Part shown: piece after piece, positions 24,344 through 34,112 of the stretch | Layout of the letters: each line of letters opens with the position of its first letter | How positions within the stretch are numbered: the first letter of the stretch is position 1 | NCBI RefSeq assembly: GCF_044324785.1 | Contig: NZ_CP172127.1 | Reading direction: 5' to 3' (one strand) | From: Escherichia coli | GTDB taxonomy: Bacteria > Pseudomonadota > Gammaproteobacteria > Enterobacterales > Enterobacteriaceae | Length of the DNA: 64,000 nucleotides | Program-made: the position numbers and the translations under genes | Notes under the pieces: model-generated | The model's input: the letters and a program-made list of their open reading frames with translations, nothing else | Told to the model about the DNA's origin: nothing | The model's database searches: none

Positions 24344-25840
24344 ATGCAGGGCACAAAAATTCGACTTTTAGCGGGCGGTTTGCTGATGATGGCCACTGCT
24401 GGCTATGTGCAGGCAGATGCGCTCCAGCCTGATCCAGCATGGCAACAGGGGACGCTTTCCAACGGTTTACAGTGGCAAGTGCTGACCACGCCCCAGCGTC
24501 CCAGCGATCGTGTTGAAATTCGCCTGCTGGTTAATACCGGTTCGCTCGCCGAAAGTACACAACAGAGCGGTTACAGCCACGCCATCCCTCGTATTGCGTT
24601 AACGCAAAGCGGTGGCCTTGAAGCAGCACAGGCGCGTTCATTGTGGCAGCAGGGGATCGACCCTAAACGCCCGATGCCGCCGGTAATTGTCTCTTATGAC
24701 ACCACGCTGTTTAATCTGAGTTTGCCCAATAACCGTAACGACTTGCTGAAAGAAGCGCTCTCTTATCTGGCAAATGCCACTGGCAAACTGACTATCACGC
24801 CAGAAACCATCAACCACGCGCTGCAAAGTCAGGACATGGTGGCAACCTGGCCTGCCGATACTAAAGAGGGCTGGTGGCGCTATCGTCTGAAAGGATCAAC
24901 CTTGTTAGGTCACGATCCTGCCGATCCGCTGAAACAACCCGTTGAAGCGGAAAAGATTAAAGATTTCTATCAGAAATGGTACACCCCGGATGCAATGACG
25001 CTGCTGGTGGTGGGAAACGTGGATGCGCGCTCGGTCGTCGACCAAATCAACAAAACGTTTGGCGAACTGAAAGGCAAACGTGAAACACCGGCTCCGGTGC
25101 CGACGCTTTCTCCGCTGCGTGCGGAAGCGGTGAGTATTATGACTGACGCGGTGCGTCAGGACCGGTTATCAATCATGTGGGATACGCCGTGGCAGCCGAT
25201 TCGTGAATCAGCCGCACTGCTGCGCTACTGGCGTGCGGACCTGGCCCGTGAGGCGCTGTTCTGGCATGTTCAGCAAGCGTTAAGCGCCAGTAACAGCAAA
25301 GATATCGGTCTTGGATTTGACTGTCGTGTGCTGTATCTGCGTGCGCAGTGTGCCATTAACATCGAATCACCAAACGACAAGCTGAACAGCAACCTTAATC
25401 TGGTGGCGCGTGAACTGGCGAAGGTTCGCGATAAAGGTCTGCCGGAAGAAGAGTTCAATGCGTTAGTGGCGCAAAAGAAACTGGAGCTGCAGAAACTGTT
25501 TGCCGCCTATGCGCGAGCTGATACCGATATTCTGATGGGTCAGCGGATGCGTTCGTTGCAAAATCAGGTCGTTGATATCGCGCCGGAGCAATATCAGAAA
25601 CTGCGCCAGGACTTCCTTAACAGCCTGACGGTGGAGATGTTAAATCAGGATCTGCGTCAGCAGTTGTCGAACGATATGGCGTTAATACTGCTGCAGCCGA
25701 AAGGCGAGCCGGAATTTAACATGAAAGCGTTGCAGGCGGCCTGGGATCAAATCATGACCCCATCTACTGCCGCTGCGACCACCTCTGTCGCCACGGATGA
25801 CGTTCATCCTGAAGTGACGGATATTCCACCCGCACAGTAA
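24344..25840 (+). CDS. yhjJ: Putative periplasmic M16-family zinc peptidase-like protein YhjJ
   Basis: 498 aa with signal peptide; position between dctA and kdgK. Confidence 0.88.
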   Translation: MQGTKIRLLAGGLLMMATAGYVQADALQPDPAWQQGTLSNGLQWQVLTTPQRPSDRVEIRLLVNTGSLAESTQQSGYSHAIPRIALTQSGGLEAAQARSLWQQGIDPKRPMPPVIVSYDTTLFNLSLPNNRNDLLKEALSYLANATGKLTITPETINHALQSQDMVATWPADTKEGWWRYRLKGSTLLGHDPADPLKQPVEAEKIKDFYQKWYTPDAMTLLVVGNVDARSVVDQINKTFGELKGKRETPAPVPTLSPLRAEAVSIMTDAVRQDRLSIMWDTPWQPIRESAALLRYWRADLAREALFWHVQQALSASNSKDIGLGFDCRVLYLRAQCAINIESPNDKLNSNLNLVARELAKVRDKGLPEEEFNALVAQKKLELQKLFAAYARADTDILMGQRMRSLQNQVVDIAPEQYQKLRQDFLNSLTVEMLNQDLRQQLSNDMALILLQPKGEPEFNMKALQAAWDQIMTPSTAAATTSVATDDVHPEVTDIPPAQ

Positions 25841-26043
25841 TAAATAACCCGGTAGCGTTTCTTCTGCGCTGCCGGGATTAACGGTAATAAATTAGTTACC
25901 GTGATATAACCGCAGATATTTTTCCGGGCACGGCGGTAGCGCGCAGATAACCATTCATTATTAAAATAAACTTACCGTAGAGTGGGTTTAATTATTTATT
26001 AGCTGAATAAATTATACCGGTGCCTCCTGGAAGGAGTGAGTTT

Positions 26044-26469
26044 ATGCTTGTGTTAAAATCACAATCGATTGGATTCAGGATTTCCACAACTTATTTATCT
26101 TTAACATATACAGAGTCTGATGGCGTCAACATTAAAGTAGATGCTCTGGAGTTAATATCAAAAGAGAAAGATTATGTTCAAATTGAACTGGTCTTCACTA
26201 CAGTTGCTGAAGTTAAGTGTGCTACCGTCAATTTTTATGAAGCCAACTATAACAATATTGTTATTAAGAAGGTTGATGGTGAAAATCTGGACTCCGGTAT
26301 ATATCAAGTAATGAATTCTGTACCGCTTGAAGAAAAAGAGAAATTATATGACCCTAAAAAACGGTTGAAGTTAAAACATTATATTATAGCAGGTTATGAT
26401 AGTTATGTTGAGATTTTAGCTACTGGTTTTAGCTGTATACGATGCCAGGCAATAGATGGTGTTAAATAA
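26044..26469 (+). CDS. Hypothetical protein, island ORF1 (141 aa)
   Basis: ATG 7 nt after AGGAG (26032-26036); no signal peptide; stop overlaps ORF2 start. Confidence 0.6.
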   Translation: MLVLKSQSIGFRISTTYLSLTYTESDGVNIKVDALELISKEKDYVQIELVFTTVAEVKCATVNFYEANYNNIVIKKVDGENLDSGIYQVMNSVPLEEKEKLYDPKKRLKLKHYIIAGYDSYVEILATGFSCIRCQAIDGVK

Positions 26470-26723
26470 TGGCCTATCATATAGAAATATTGAAAATTGA
26501 AGAAACTGATAAAGTAGTAAAATATGAATTTGGACCTACATCTTCTGACTATTGTAGATCTGATTACGGCGAGTTCGTGATAGATAAAAGAACGGGTGAG
26601 ATGACATTAGTCAGAATGGTTAAAAACGATTCGGCTAATAAATTTTATTTGCGAGCGAGTTTTAAGATTCTGACCTGTTGGCGAAAGGGCTATTTGCCAA
26701 AAAATGGGGAATGGGCTTCTTAA
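26469..26723 (+). CDS. Hypothetical protein, island ORF2 (84 aa)
   Basis: TAATG stop/start overlap with ORF1; no recognisable motif. Confidence 0.55.
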   Translation: MAYHIEILKIEETDKVVKYEFGPTSSDYCRSDYGEFVIDKRTGEMTLVRMVKNDSANKFYLRASFKILTCWRKGYLPKNGEWAS

Positions 26724-26790
26724 TAAGTAACTTTGCAGAATAAGTGAATTTTCCCATTTTTGGGGGCAGTCGTTGATTCTTACACAGTTT

Positions 26791-27039
26791 ATGTTATGGG
26801 TGCAGAAAAATACTGGGCATAATATTAGATGCAATACCAATACATTATCAACTAGCATAGTTATTGATTTTGATAATGATATCTATATTGCCAGGTTTAC
26901 AGTTTGGGATGATTTAAGTTGTATGTCAGAAGTTATATGCGTTGAAACGGGGGATTATAAATTAAATCAGCGAAATGAATTCCATACTTATGATTCGCTA
27001 AGGAAGATTTTTGATAATTTCATGGGAATTATACAATAA
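26791..27039 (+). CDS. Hypothetical protein, island ORF3 (about 82 aa)
   Basis: Track ORF starts at TTG 26773; first ATG at 26791; no clear SD, weakest of the five. Confidence 0.4.
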   Translation: MLWVQKNTGHNIRCNTNTLSTSIVIDFDNDIYIARFTVWDDLSCMSEVICVETGDYKLNQRNEFHTYDSLRKIFDNFMGIIQ

Positions 27040-27064
27040 ATTGCGCTAATAAAATAAAAACATT

Positions 27065-27556
27065 ATGTTTAAATTGATAGCAATCAAAGAAACTCCTTTG
27101 GGAGTAAAAGATGACGAAGATCTCTCGGTATCAGAAGCCATATACTCAACCTATACTGATTATACAAACGATATCCTTATGGTGTTTGATAAAGTCGTTT
27201 TATGTTTAGATAGAAAAGGAGATATTAGCGATATCTATAATGATATCGTCAATATATTTGAGCAGATAGAACTGGGTACTAAACAGTTTTTTATGTGTTT
27301 TTTATCCAGTACATTCACTACACGTTGGGAATTTGAGCATAAAAGCCCAGATACTATCAATATAACCGCTTATTGGTTTGACGTAAGATATCTTTATGGT
27401 ATCAACTCGATTATTAAAACTTCCACAATTGAAATCCCAGTATCTGAATTTAAAATGCAATGGGGAAATATTATAAAACCAATAAAAAAAGATATTCTTT
27501 CGTTAGGTTATGATGAAACGTTAGTAAATTTTTCTTTTTTTAACAATTTTAATTGA
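27065..27556 (+). CDS. Hypothetical protein, island ORF4 (163 aa)
   Basis: Same strand 25 nt after ORF3; acidic N-terminus; AT-rich codon usage. Confidence 0.55.
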   Translation: MFKLIAIKETPLGVKDDEDLSVSEAIYSTYTDYTNDILMVFDKVVLCLDRKGDISDIYNDIVNIFEQIELGTKQFFMCFLSSTFTTRWEFEHKSPDTINITAYWFDVRYLYGINSIIKTSTIEIPVSEFKMQWGNIIKPIKKDILSLGYDETLVNFSFFNNFN

Positions 27557-27629
27557 TGAGTTATTAGTCTGGTTTATCTAAAAATGTAGGTGGTTTTTTT
27601 GCGACATCAACGGATTTAAAGGAGTATAA

Positions 27630-28214
27630 ATGCGTAACAAAAAACGCATACTATTCTTGCTAACAGTCATTCTTTGCTTAACCGGTCTTTATTCCTGCAA
27701 CAAAATTTTTCTCTTACTCTGGGATGCCAATAATATTTATGTCAGTACAAAAAATAATATCGATAAAGACAAGGTAAAAATAGAATTCGGTATCAGCGTC
27801 AACACGATCAACCGAGAAACGGATGCCGAATTATTTGCTGACAGAGATAAGTATGCAGTGCTCTTCGATGGTAGCCTGAAAAATAAGATGATAAACGAAT
27901 ACGGAGAAAATGATTTTTTAATTACCTACGATAACCGCTGCTATTTATCATTTCGTCAATTTAAAACCAATCGTCGTCATCAACATGACTATTATTTTGA
28001 CTTCTTTAACAACAATGGGAATGTCTTCGTCACGGTCGAAATTAAAGGTGAGAACCCGCTTAAATTTACGCGTAGTTTGAATGATATGCGTCAGCAGTTT
28101 ATTTCAAATCATCAGCACCGCTCGGTTCGTCCCTGCAAGATGATTAACGGAGAACGAATATCTACCCGTTCTCCGTCAAAAACCATTATTCCGGCATCGC
28201 CTCACGCGGGATAA
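27630..28214 (+). CDS. Hypothetical predicted lipoprotein, island ORF5 (194 aa)
   Basis: GGAG 6 nt upstream of ATG; N-terminus MRNKKRILFLLTVILCLTGLYSC resembles a lipoprotein signal peptide with imperfect lipobox; 3' end overlaps kdgK 3' end by 29 bp. Confidence 0.55.
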   Translation: MRNKKRILFLLTVILCLTGLYSCNKIFLLLWDANNIYVSTKNNIDKDKVKIEFGISVNTINRETDAELFADRDKYAVLFDGSLKNKMINEYGENDFLITYDNRCYLSFRQFKTNRRHQHDYYFDFFNNNGNVFVTVEIKGENPLKFTRSLNDMRQQFISNHQHRSVRPCKMINGERISTRSPSKTIIPASPHAG

Positions 28215-29115
28215 TCGCGCCGCGATACTGAATAACGGTACTTGCGGTCAGGTGCCCGCGTTTCGCCGCGTTTTCCGCACTGCCGCCCGTCAAACGTACC
28301 GCCAGATAACCGGCACTGAAAGAGTCGCCAGCTGCGGTGGTATCGATCACTTTTTCTTTCGGCAGTTTCACCGCCGGAACATCCACTAACCCTTCGCCAG
28401 CAATGGACACCAGGCAAGAATCCGCCCCGCGTTTCACCACCACTTCTTTCACGCCCGCGTTATGGGTGCGCGCAATGACGTCTTCCACCGGCTGTTGACC
28501 CCACAGCGCGTCTTCGTCGTCCAGCGTCAGGAAGGCGATATCCGTGCATTCCAGCATTTGCTGGTACACCTGCTGTGTCTCTTCTTTGCTGGCCCACAGG
28601 CGCGGACGATAGTTATTGTCGAAAATCACTTTTCCGCCGTTGGCGCGGCATTCGCGCAGCAGAGAAAGCAGCTTTTCGCGGCTGGTCGGGCTTAAGATCG
28701 CCAGGCTAATCCCGCTCAGGTAGAGATAATCGAAATTCGCCAGCTCTTCGCAAATCGCCGCAGATTGCTCGCTCTCCAGCCAGAATTTGGCGGCGGCTTC
28801 GTTACGCCAGTAGTAGAACGTACGTTCGCCGGTGCTGTCGGTTTCAATGTAGTAAAGGCCCGGCAGACGGTTTTCCATCCGTTGGGTCAGGGAAGTATCA
28901 ACGTTCTCGCCGTGCCAGGCGTCCAGCATTTGCTGGCTAAAACTGTCCGTTCCCAGCGCCGTTACGTAATGAACGGTTAATGCCGCAGGATCGACCTGAC
29001 GGGCGATATAGACGGAAGTGTTCAGGGTATCGCCGCCGAAACCGCGCTTAACGTCCGCGCCTTTCTCGGAAAGCTCAATCATGCATTCGCCAATCACGGC
29101 AATCTTTTTGGACAT
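28186..29115 (-). CDS. kdgK: 2-dehydro-3-deoxygluconokinase KdgK
   Basis: 309 aa from MSKKIAVIGECMIEL; pfkB-family sugar kinase; the track ORF is over-extended upstream. Confidence 0.9.
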   Translation of the reverse strand: MSKKIAVIGECMIELSEKGADVKRGFGGDTLNTSVYIARQVDPAALTVHYVTALGTDSFSQQMLDAWHGENVDTSLTQRMENRLPGLYYIETDSTGERTFYYWRNEAAAKFWLESEQSAAICEELANFDYLYLSGISLAILSPTSREKLLSLLRECRANGGKVIFDNNYRPRLWASKEETQQVYQQMLECTDIAFLTLDDEDALWGQQPVEDVIARTHNAGVKEVVVKRGADSCLVSIAGEGLVDVPAVKLPKEKVIDTTAAGDSFSAGYLAVRLTGGSAENAAKRGHLTASTVIQYRGAIIPREAMPE

Positions 29116-29346
29116 AGTCGTGAACCTGATCTGTAAAAAATTAGCGTTAGTTTGCGCTGTGGTGGTTTGCTGGTCAACCATATTAAAACAGTGTTCCATT
29201 ATTTTTTTGAGCCAGCACGTATTCCTGAAAGATTCCGTTGTGGAGTGGGGAAATTTACTCCGGTCAGGCGGTAAAGTTCTGCCCTTGCGCGCCGATAATC
29301 TTTGTCGAGTCCGGGCAGCATCACTTTTAAACACAGGACATCTTTG

Positions 29347-30114
29347 ATGATAAGGCAGGTTATCCAGCGAATAAGCAACCCTGAAGCAAGCATTGAGAGC
29401 TTGCAGGAACGGCGTTTTTGGTTGCAGTGTGAGCGTGCTTACACCTGGCAGCCGATCTATCAAACATGCGGGCGGTTAATGGCCGTGGAGCTATTAACGG
29501 TGGTCACGCATCCCTTGAACCCTTCGCAACGCCTGTCGCCGGATCGCTATTTTACTGAAATCACCGTCAGCCATCGGATGGAGGTTGTGAAAGAGCAGAT
29601 TGATTTGCTGGCGCAAAAAGCCGACTTCTTTATAGAGCACGGCCTGCTGGCATCGGTCAATATTGACGGCCCTACGCTCATCGCCCTGCGTCAGCAACCA
29701 AAAATCCTGCGCCAGATTGAGCGTCTTCCCTGGCTGCGTTTCGAACTGGTGGAGCATATCCGTCTGCCGAAAGATTCAACCTTTGCCTCGATGTGTGAAT
29801 TTGGCCCGCTGTGGCTGGATGATTTTGGCACCGGGATGGCAAATTTCTCTGCGCTAAGTGAAGTGCGTTATGACTACATCAAAATCGCGCGAGAGCTGTT
29901 TGTGATGCTGCGTCAGTCGCCGGAAGGACGCACGCTCTTTTCTCAGCTTTTACATCTCATGAATCGCTATTGTCGCGGGGTGATTGTCGAGGGCGTAGAA
30001 ACGCCGGAAGAGTGGCGTGATGTTCAGAACTCGCCCGCATTCGCCGCACAAGGCTGGTTTCTTTCACGCCCGGCACCGATAGAAACGCTGAATACGGCGG
30101 TTTTGGCGCTATAA
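29347..30114 (+). CDS. pdeH: c-di-GMP phosphodiesterase PdeH (EAL-only)
   Basis: 255 aa from MIRQVIQR; EAL domain protein. Confidence 0.88.
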   Translation: MIRQVIQRISNPEASIESLQERRFWLQCERAYTWQPIYQTCGRLMAVELLTVVTHPLNPSQRLSPDRYFTEITVSHRMEVVKEQIDLLAQKADFFIEHGLLASVNIDGPTLIALRQQPKILRQIERLPWLRFELVEHIRLPKDSTFASMCEFGPLWLDDFGTGMANFSALSEVRYDYIKIARELFVMLRQSPEGRTLFSQLLHLMNRYCRGVIVEGVETPEEWRDVQNSPAFAAQGWFLSRPAPIETLNTAVLAL

Positions 30115-30183
30115 GCTGCCTCATTTTCCGCCTGGCTGGACTATCTTTAGGACTGGCACAGGAAGAATATGAGGAAGCGAACG

Positions 30184-32244
30184 ATGAGCAAGGCAGGCAA
30201 AATAACCGCTGCGATTTCAGGGGCTTTCTTGTTGTTGATTGTCGTGGCGATCATTTTGATTGCAACTTTTGACTGGAATCGACTCAAACCGACCATCAAC
30301 CAGAAAGTCTCTGCGGAGTTGAATCGTCCGTTCGCTATCCGTGGCGATCTGGGCGTGGTGTGGGAGCGACAAAAACAAGAAACTGGCTGGCGCAGCTGGG
30401 TGCCGTGGCCCCATATACACGCGGAAGACATCATTCTCGGCAACCCACCAGATATTCCCGAAGTCACAATGGTGCATTTGCCACGCGTAGAGGCAACGCT
30501 GGCACCGTTGGCGCTGCTGACCAAAACGGTCTGGCTACCGTGGATCGAACTGGAGAAGCCCGACGCACGCCTGATTCGCCTCTCTGAAAAGAACAATAAC
30601 TGGACCTTTAATCTCGCCAACGATGACAACAAAGACACGAATGCAAAGCCGTCGGCATGGTCGTTTCGGCTGGATAATATTCTGTTCGATCAAGGGCGGA
30701 TCGCCATTGATGACAAAGTAAGCAAAGCGGATCTGGAAATTTTTGTTGATCCGTTAGGCAAGCCGCTGCCGTTCAGCGAAGTTACTGGATCGAAAGGTAA
30801 AGCGGATAAAGAAAAGGTGGGCGATTACGTTTTTGGCCTGAAGGCGCAGGGACGTTATAACGGTGAACCGCTCACGGGTACGGGAAAAATAGGCGGTATG
30901 CTGGCGCTGCGTGGCGAAGGGACGCCGTTTCCGGTACAGGCTGATTTTCGCTCTGGTAACACCCGTGTTGCTTTTGATGGCGTTGTGAATGACCCAATGA
31001 AGATGGGTGGTGTCGATTTACGGCTTAAATTTTCTGGCGATTCGCTGGGTGATCTCTATGAACTGACGGGCGTTCTGCTGCCCGATACCCCGCCGTTTGA
31101 AACGGATGGTCGGCTGGTAGCGAAAATCGACACTGAAAAATCGTCGGTCTTTGATTATCGCGGTTTTAATGGGCGCATTGGCGATAGCGATATCCACGGT
31201 TCTCTGGTCTACACCACCGGCAAGCCACGACCAAAACTGGAAGGTGATGTTGAGTCGCGGCAATTGCGGCTGGCAGATTTAGGGCCGTTAATTGGCGTTG
31301 ATTCCGGGAAAGGAGCTGAAAAGTCGAAACGGTCTGAACAGAAGAAGGGTGAAAAAAGCGTTCAGCCTGCGGGCAAAGTGCTGCCTTATGACCGCTTCGA
31401 AACCGATAAATGGGACGTCATGGATGCCGATGTTCGCTTCAAAGGGCGGCGCATTGAGCATGGTAGTAGCCTGCCGATTAGCGATCTTTCAACTCATATC
31501 ATCCTCAAAAATGCTGACCTGCGCCTGCAACCGCTGAAATTTGGCATGGCGGGCGGCAGCATTGCGGCGAATATTCATCTGGAAGGTGATAAAAAACCGA
31601 TGCAAGGGCGGGCAGATATTCAGGCTCGTCGGCTGAAACTGAAAGAACTGATGCCCGATGTAGAACTGATGCAGAAGACGCTGGGGGAAATGAACGGTGA
31701 CGCGGAACTACGCGGTAGCGGTAACTCGGTGGCGGCGCTTTTAGGCAACAGTAACGGCAACCTGAAACTGTTGATGAATGACGGGCTGGTGAGCCGCAAC
31801 CTGATGGAGATTGTCGGGCTGAATGTCGGCAACTACATTGTCGGTGCGATATTTGGTGACGATGAGGTGCGGGTGAACTGCGCGGCGGCGAATCTGGATA
31901 TTGCCAACGGTGTGGCGCGTCCGCAGATTTTTGCTTTTGATACTGAGAATGCGTTGATCAATGTTACCGGCACGGCAAGTTTTGCTTCGGAGCAACTGGA
32001 TTTGACTATCGATCCAGAAAGTAAAGGGATTCGGATTATCACGCTGCGTTCGCCGCTGTATGTGCGTGGGACATTTAAAAATCCGCAGGCTGGGGTGAAA
32101 GCCGGGCCGTTGATTGCCCGTGGTGCTGTTGCGGCGGCACTGGCAACGCTGGTAACACCGGCGGCGGCGTTACTGGCGCTGATCTCTCCTTCCGAAGGGG
32201 AGGCTAATCAGTGTCGGACGATTTTGTTGCAGATGAAGAAGTGA
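30184..32244 (+). CDS. yhjG: AsmA-family protein YhjG
   Basis: 686 aa from MSKAGKITAAISGAF with N-terminal TM anchor. Confidence 0.88.
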   Translation: MSKAGKITAAISGAFLLLIVVAIILIATFDWNRLKPTINQKVSAELNRPFAIRGDLGVVWERQKQETGWRSWVPWPHIHAEDIILGNPPDIPEVTMVHLPRVEATLAPLALLTKTVWLPWIELEKPDARLIRLSEKNNNWTFNLANDDNKDTNAKPSAWSFRLDNILFDQGRIAIDDKVSKADLEIFVDPLGKPLPFSEVTGSKGKADKEKVGDYVFGLKAQGRYNGEPLTGTGKIGGMLALRGEGTPFPVQADFRSGNTRVAFDGVVNDPMKMGGVDLRLKFSGDSLGDLYELTGVLLPDTPPFETDGRLVAKIDTEKSSVFDYRGFNGRIGDSDIHGSLVYTTGKPRPKLEGDVESRQLRLADLGPLIGVDSGKGAEKSKRSEQKKGEKSVQPAGKVLPYDRFETDKWDVMDADVRFKGRRIEHGSSLPISDLSTHIILKNADLRLQPLKFGMAGGSIAANIHLEGDKKPMQGRADIQARRLKLKELMPDVELMQKTLGEMNGDAELRGSGNSVAALLGNSNGNLKLLMNDGLVSRNLMEIVGLNVGNYIVGAIFGDDEVRVNCAAANLDIANGVARPQIFAFDTENALINVTGTASFASEQLDLTIDPESKGIRIITLRSPLYVRGTFKNPQAGVKAGPLIARGAVAAALATLVTPAAALLALISPSEGEANQCRTILLQMKK

Positions 32245-32250
32245 TGATAA

Positions 32251-32275
32251 TTGCCGGATGTCTGACATCCGGCAA
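32251..32275 (+). terminator. Hairpin after yhjG
   Basis: ttgccggatg tctga catccggcaa perfect inverted repeat 7 nt after the yhjG stop. Confidence 0.5.
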
Positions 32276-32387
32276 TTAAACAGATTTAGAGTGTTGGCAA
32301 AGTGTGCTTTGTTCATGCCGGATGTGACGTGAACGCTTTATCCGTCCAACAAATCCTTGCGAATTCAATATATTGTATGGAAATTCA

Positions 32388-32413
32388 GGCCTGATAAGCG
32401 TAGCGCATCAGGC
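32388..32413. repeat. REP (repetitive extragenic palindrome) element
   Basis: ggcctgataagcgtagcgcatcaggc matches the classic REP palindromic unit; a second partial gccggatg-type unit lies near 32315-32350. Confidence 0.65.
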
Positions 32414-32425
32414 TTTTCACTCTTA

Positions 32426-33748
32426 TTACAACGATTGATGTCGCGTCTCATGGGTCAGCAGTAGGGCGATTAAGGTCAAGCCAGCCATCGCCGCCAGATA
32501 TAACCCCACCGCACCTAACCCGTAGTTAGTCTGCAACCAGGCTGCGATATACGGCGCAACGGAAGCCCCGAGAATCGACGCTACGTTGTAAGAGAATGAT
32601 GCTCCGGTGTAACGCACTTCTGTCGGGAACAGCTCTGGTAACAGCGCGCCCATCGGCCCGAAGGTCAGCCCCATCAGACTTAACCCCAGCAGCAGGAAGG
32701 CAAAAACCAGAATCGGGTTGCCAGAACCGAGCAGCGGGTTAAAGGCGAACAGCGCGAACAGGATGATCAGCGTGGTGATAATTACCATGCTTTTACGGCG
32801 ACCAAAGGCATCAGCCAGTAATCCGGCGACTGGCACCATCACGCCAAAACCAATAACTGCCATCATCAGCATCCACAACACTTCGTTACGCGGCAGGCCA
32901 AGCCCAACTGGCGCAGCGGCGGTACTAAAGGTCATGGAGTAGACCGTCATGATGTAAAACAGCGTATAGGTTGCCAGCATGATGAAGGTACCGAGCACCG
33001 TGACGCGAACATGTTTGGTCAGCAGCGTACCCAGCGGGATCTTCACCTGTTTTTTCGCTTTAGCGACTTTCTCAAACACCGGCGACTCATGCAGCGACAC
33101 GCGAACATACAGGCCGATAATGACCAGCACCGCTGAGAAGATAAATGGCACACGCCAGCCCCAGCTCATAAACTGCTCGTCGGTCAGTAGCCAGGAAAGC
33201 AGTAAGAAAGTGCCGTTGGCAAAGAAGAAGCCAATCGGTGCGCCCAGCTGCGGGAAGGAGCCGTACAATGCACGTTTGCGCGGTGGGGCGTTTTCAGTCG
33301 CCAGCAGCGCCGCGCCGCCCCATTCACCGCCTAAGCCCAGACCCTGACCAAATCGAGCCAGTGCCAGCAGCAGCGGGGCGAAAATACCAATCGTGGCATA
33401 GCCCGGCAGCAGACCAATCACCACGGTCGAAATCCCCATCGTTAGCAACGAGGCGACCAGCGTCGCTTTACGCCCAACGCGATCGCCAAAATGACCAAAG
33501 ACGGCAGAGCCAATAGGGCGCGCGACGAAGGCGATGGCGAAGGTGGCAAGCGACTGTAGCGTTGCTGCCGTAGGATCGCCCTGCGGGAAGAAGATATGCG
33601 GAAACACAATAACGGCCGCAGTGGCGTAAATATAAAAGTCGAAGAACTCAATGGCCGTGCCAATGAGAGAGGCGACAAGGACTTTATTACGCGAGTTGAT
33701 CGGCGTGTATTCTTGCTCGTGGTCGAGTGTTGTGGCTGTTGCTTGCAT
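32426..33748 (-). CDS. yhjE: MFS transporter YhjE
   Basis: 440 aa, 12-TM profile. Confidence 0.9.
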   Translation of the reverse strand: MQATATTLDHEQEYTPINSRNKVLVASLIGTAIEFFDFYIYATAAVIVFPHIFFPQGDPTAATLQSLATFAIAFVARPIGSAVFGHFGDRVGRKATLVASLLTMGISTVVIGLLPGYATIGIFAPLLLALARFGQGLGLGGEWGGAALLATENAPPRKRALYGSFPQLGAPIGFFFANGTFLLLSWLLTDEQFMSWGWRVPFIFSAVLVIIGLYVRVSLHESPVFEKVAKAKKQVKIPLGTLLTKHVRVTVLGTFIMLATYTLFYIMTVYSMTFSTAAAPVGLGLPRNEVLWMLMMAVIGFGVMVPVAGLLADAFGRRKSMVIITTLIILFALFAFNPLLGSGNPILVFAFLLLGLSLMGLTFGPMGALLPELFPTEVRYTGASFSYNVASILGASVAPYIAAWLQTNYGLGAVGLYLAAMAGLTLIALLLTHETRHQSL

Positions 33749-34064
33749 AATCTTTTCTTATTTTTTGGCTAACGAATAGCCATATTACGCACAGCAAAAG
33801 TGATATTTCAATGTGTAACAAATCGCGGAAATGGTCAAAGATCAGGCAAAAAGGGGATAATGTTTAGGCCAGTGATTTTTCTTCTATGAAATGCTTCACA
33901 TAATTTTATAAATGGTGGATAAAACTGGTTTCAGGTTAAATAAAAGTTACCAACTGGATTTATATGCTGGGGTTATGAGTTGGAATGAAATTGTTTGCTC
34001 CTGAAGAGGATGTAGTTTCAGGTGGTTATGTGCATGTCGTTGCCTGGTCTCTGGCTGGCTTGTA

Positions 34065-34112
34065 CCCCCTCACCCTAATCCTCTCCCCGAAGGGGCGAGG
34101 GGATCGACCGTG
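34065..34112. repeat. GC-rich imperfect palindromic element downstream of yhjD
   Basis: ccccctcaccctaatcctctccccgaaggggcgaggggatcgaccgtgcg has ctcccc/gggg hairpin potential in an otherwise AT-rich spacer; family not assigned. Confidence 0.35.

Larger units (their letters stand above)
25860..28180 (+). other. Low-GC accessory island inserted between convergent yhjJ and kdgK
   Basis: About 30% GC by manual count of a representative stretch, against GC-rich flanks; five same-strand ORFs with no recognisable family; no integrase or IS seen; boundaries approximate. Confidence 0.75.
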
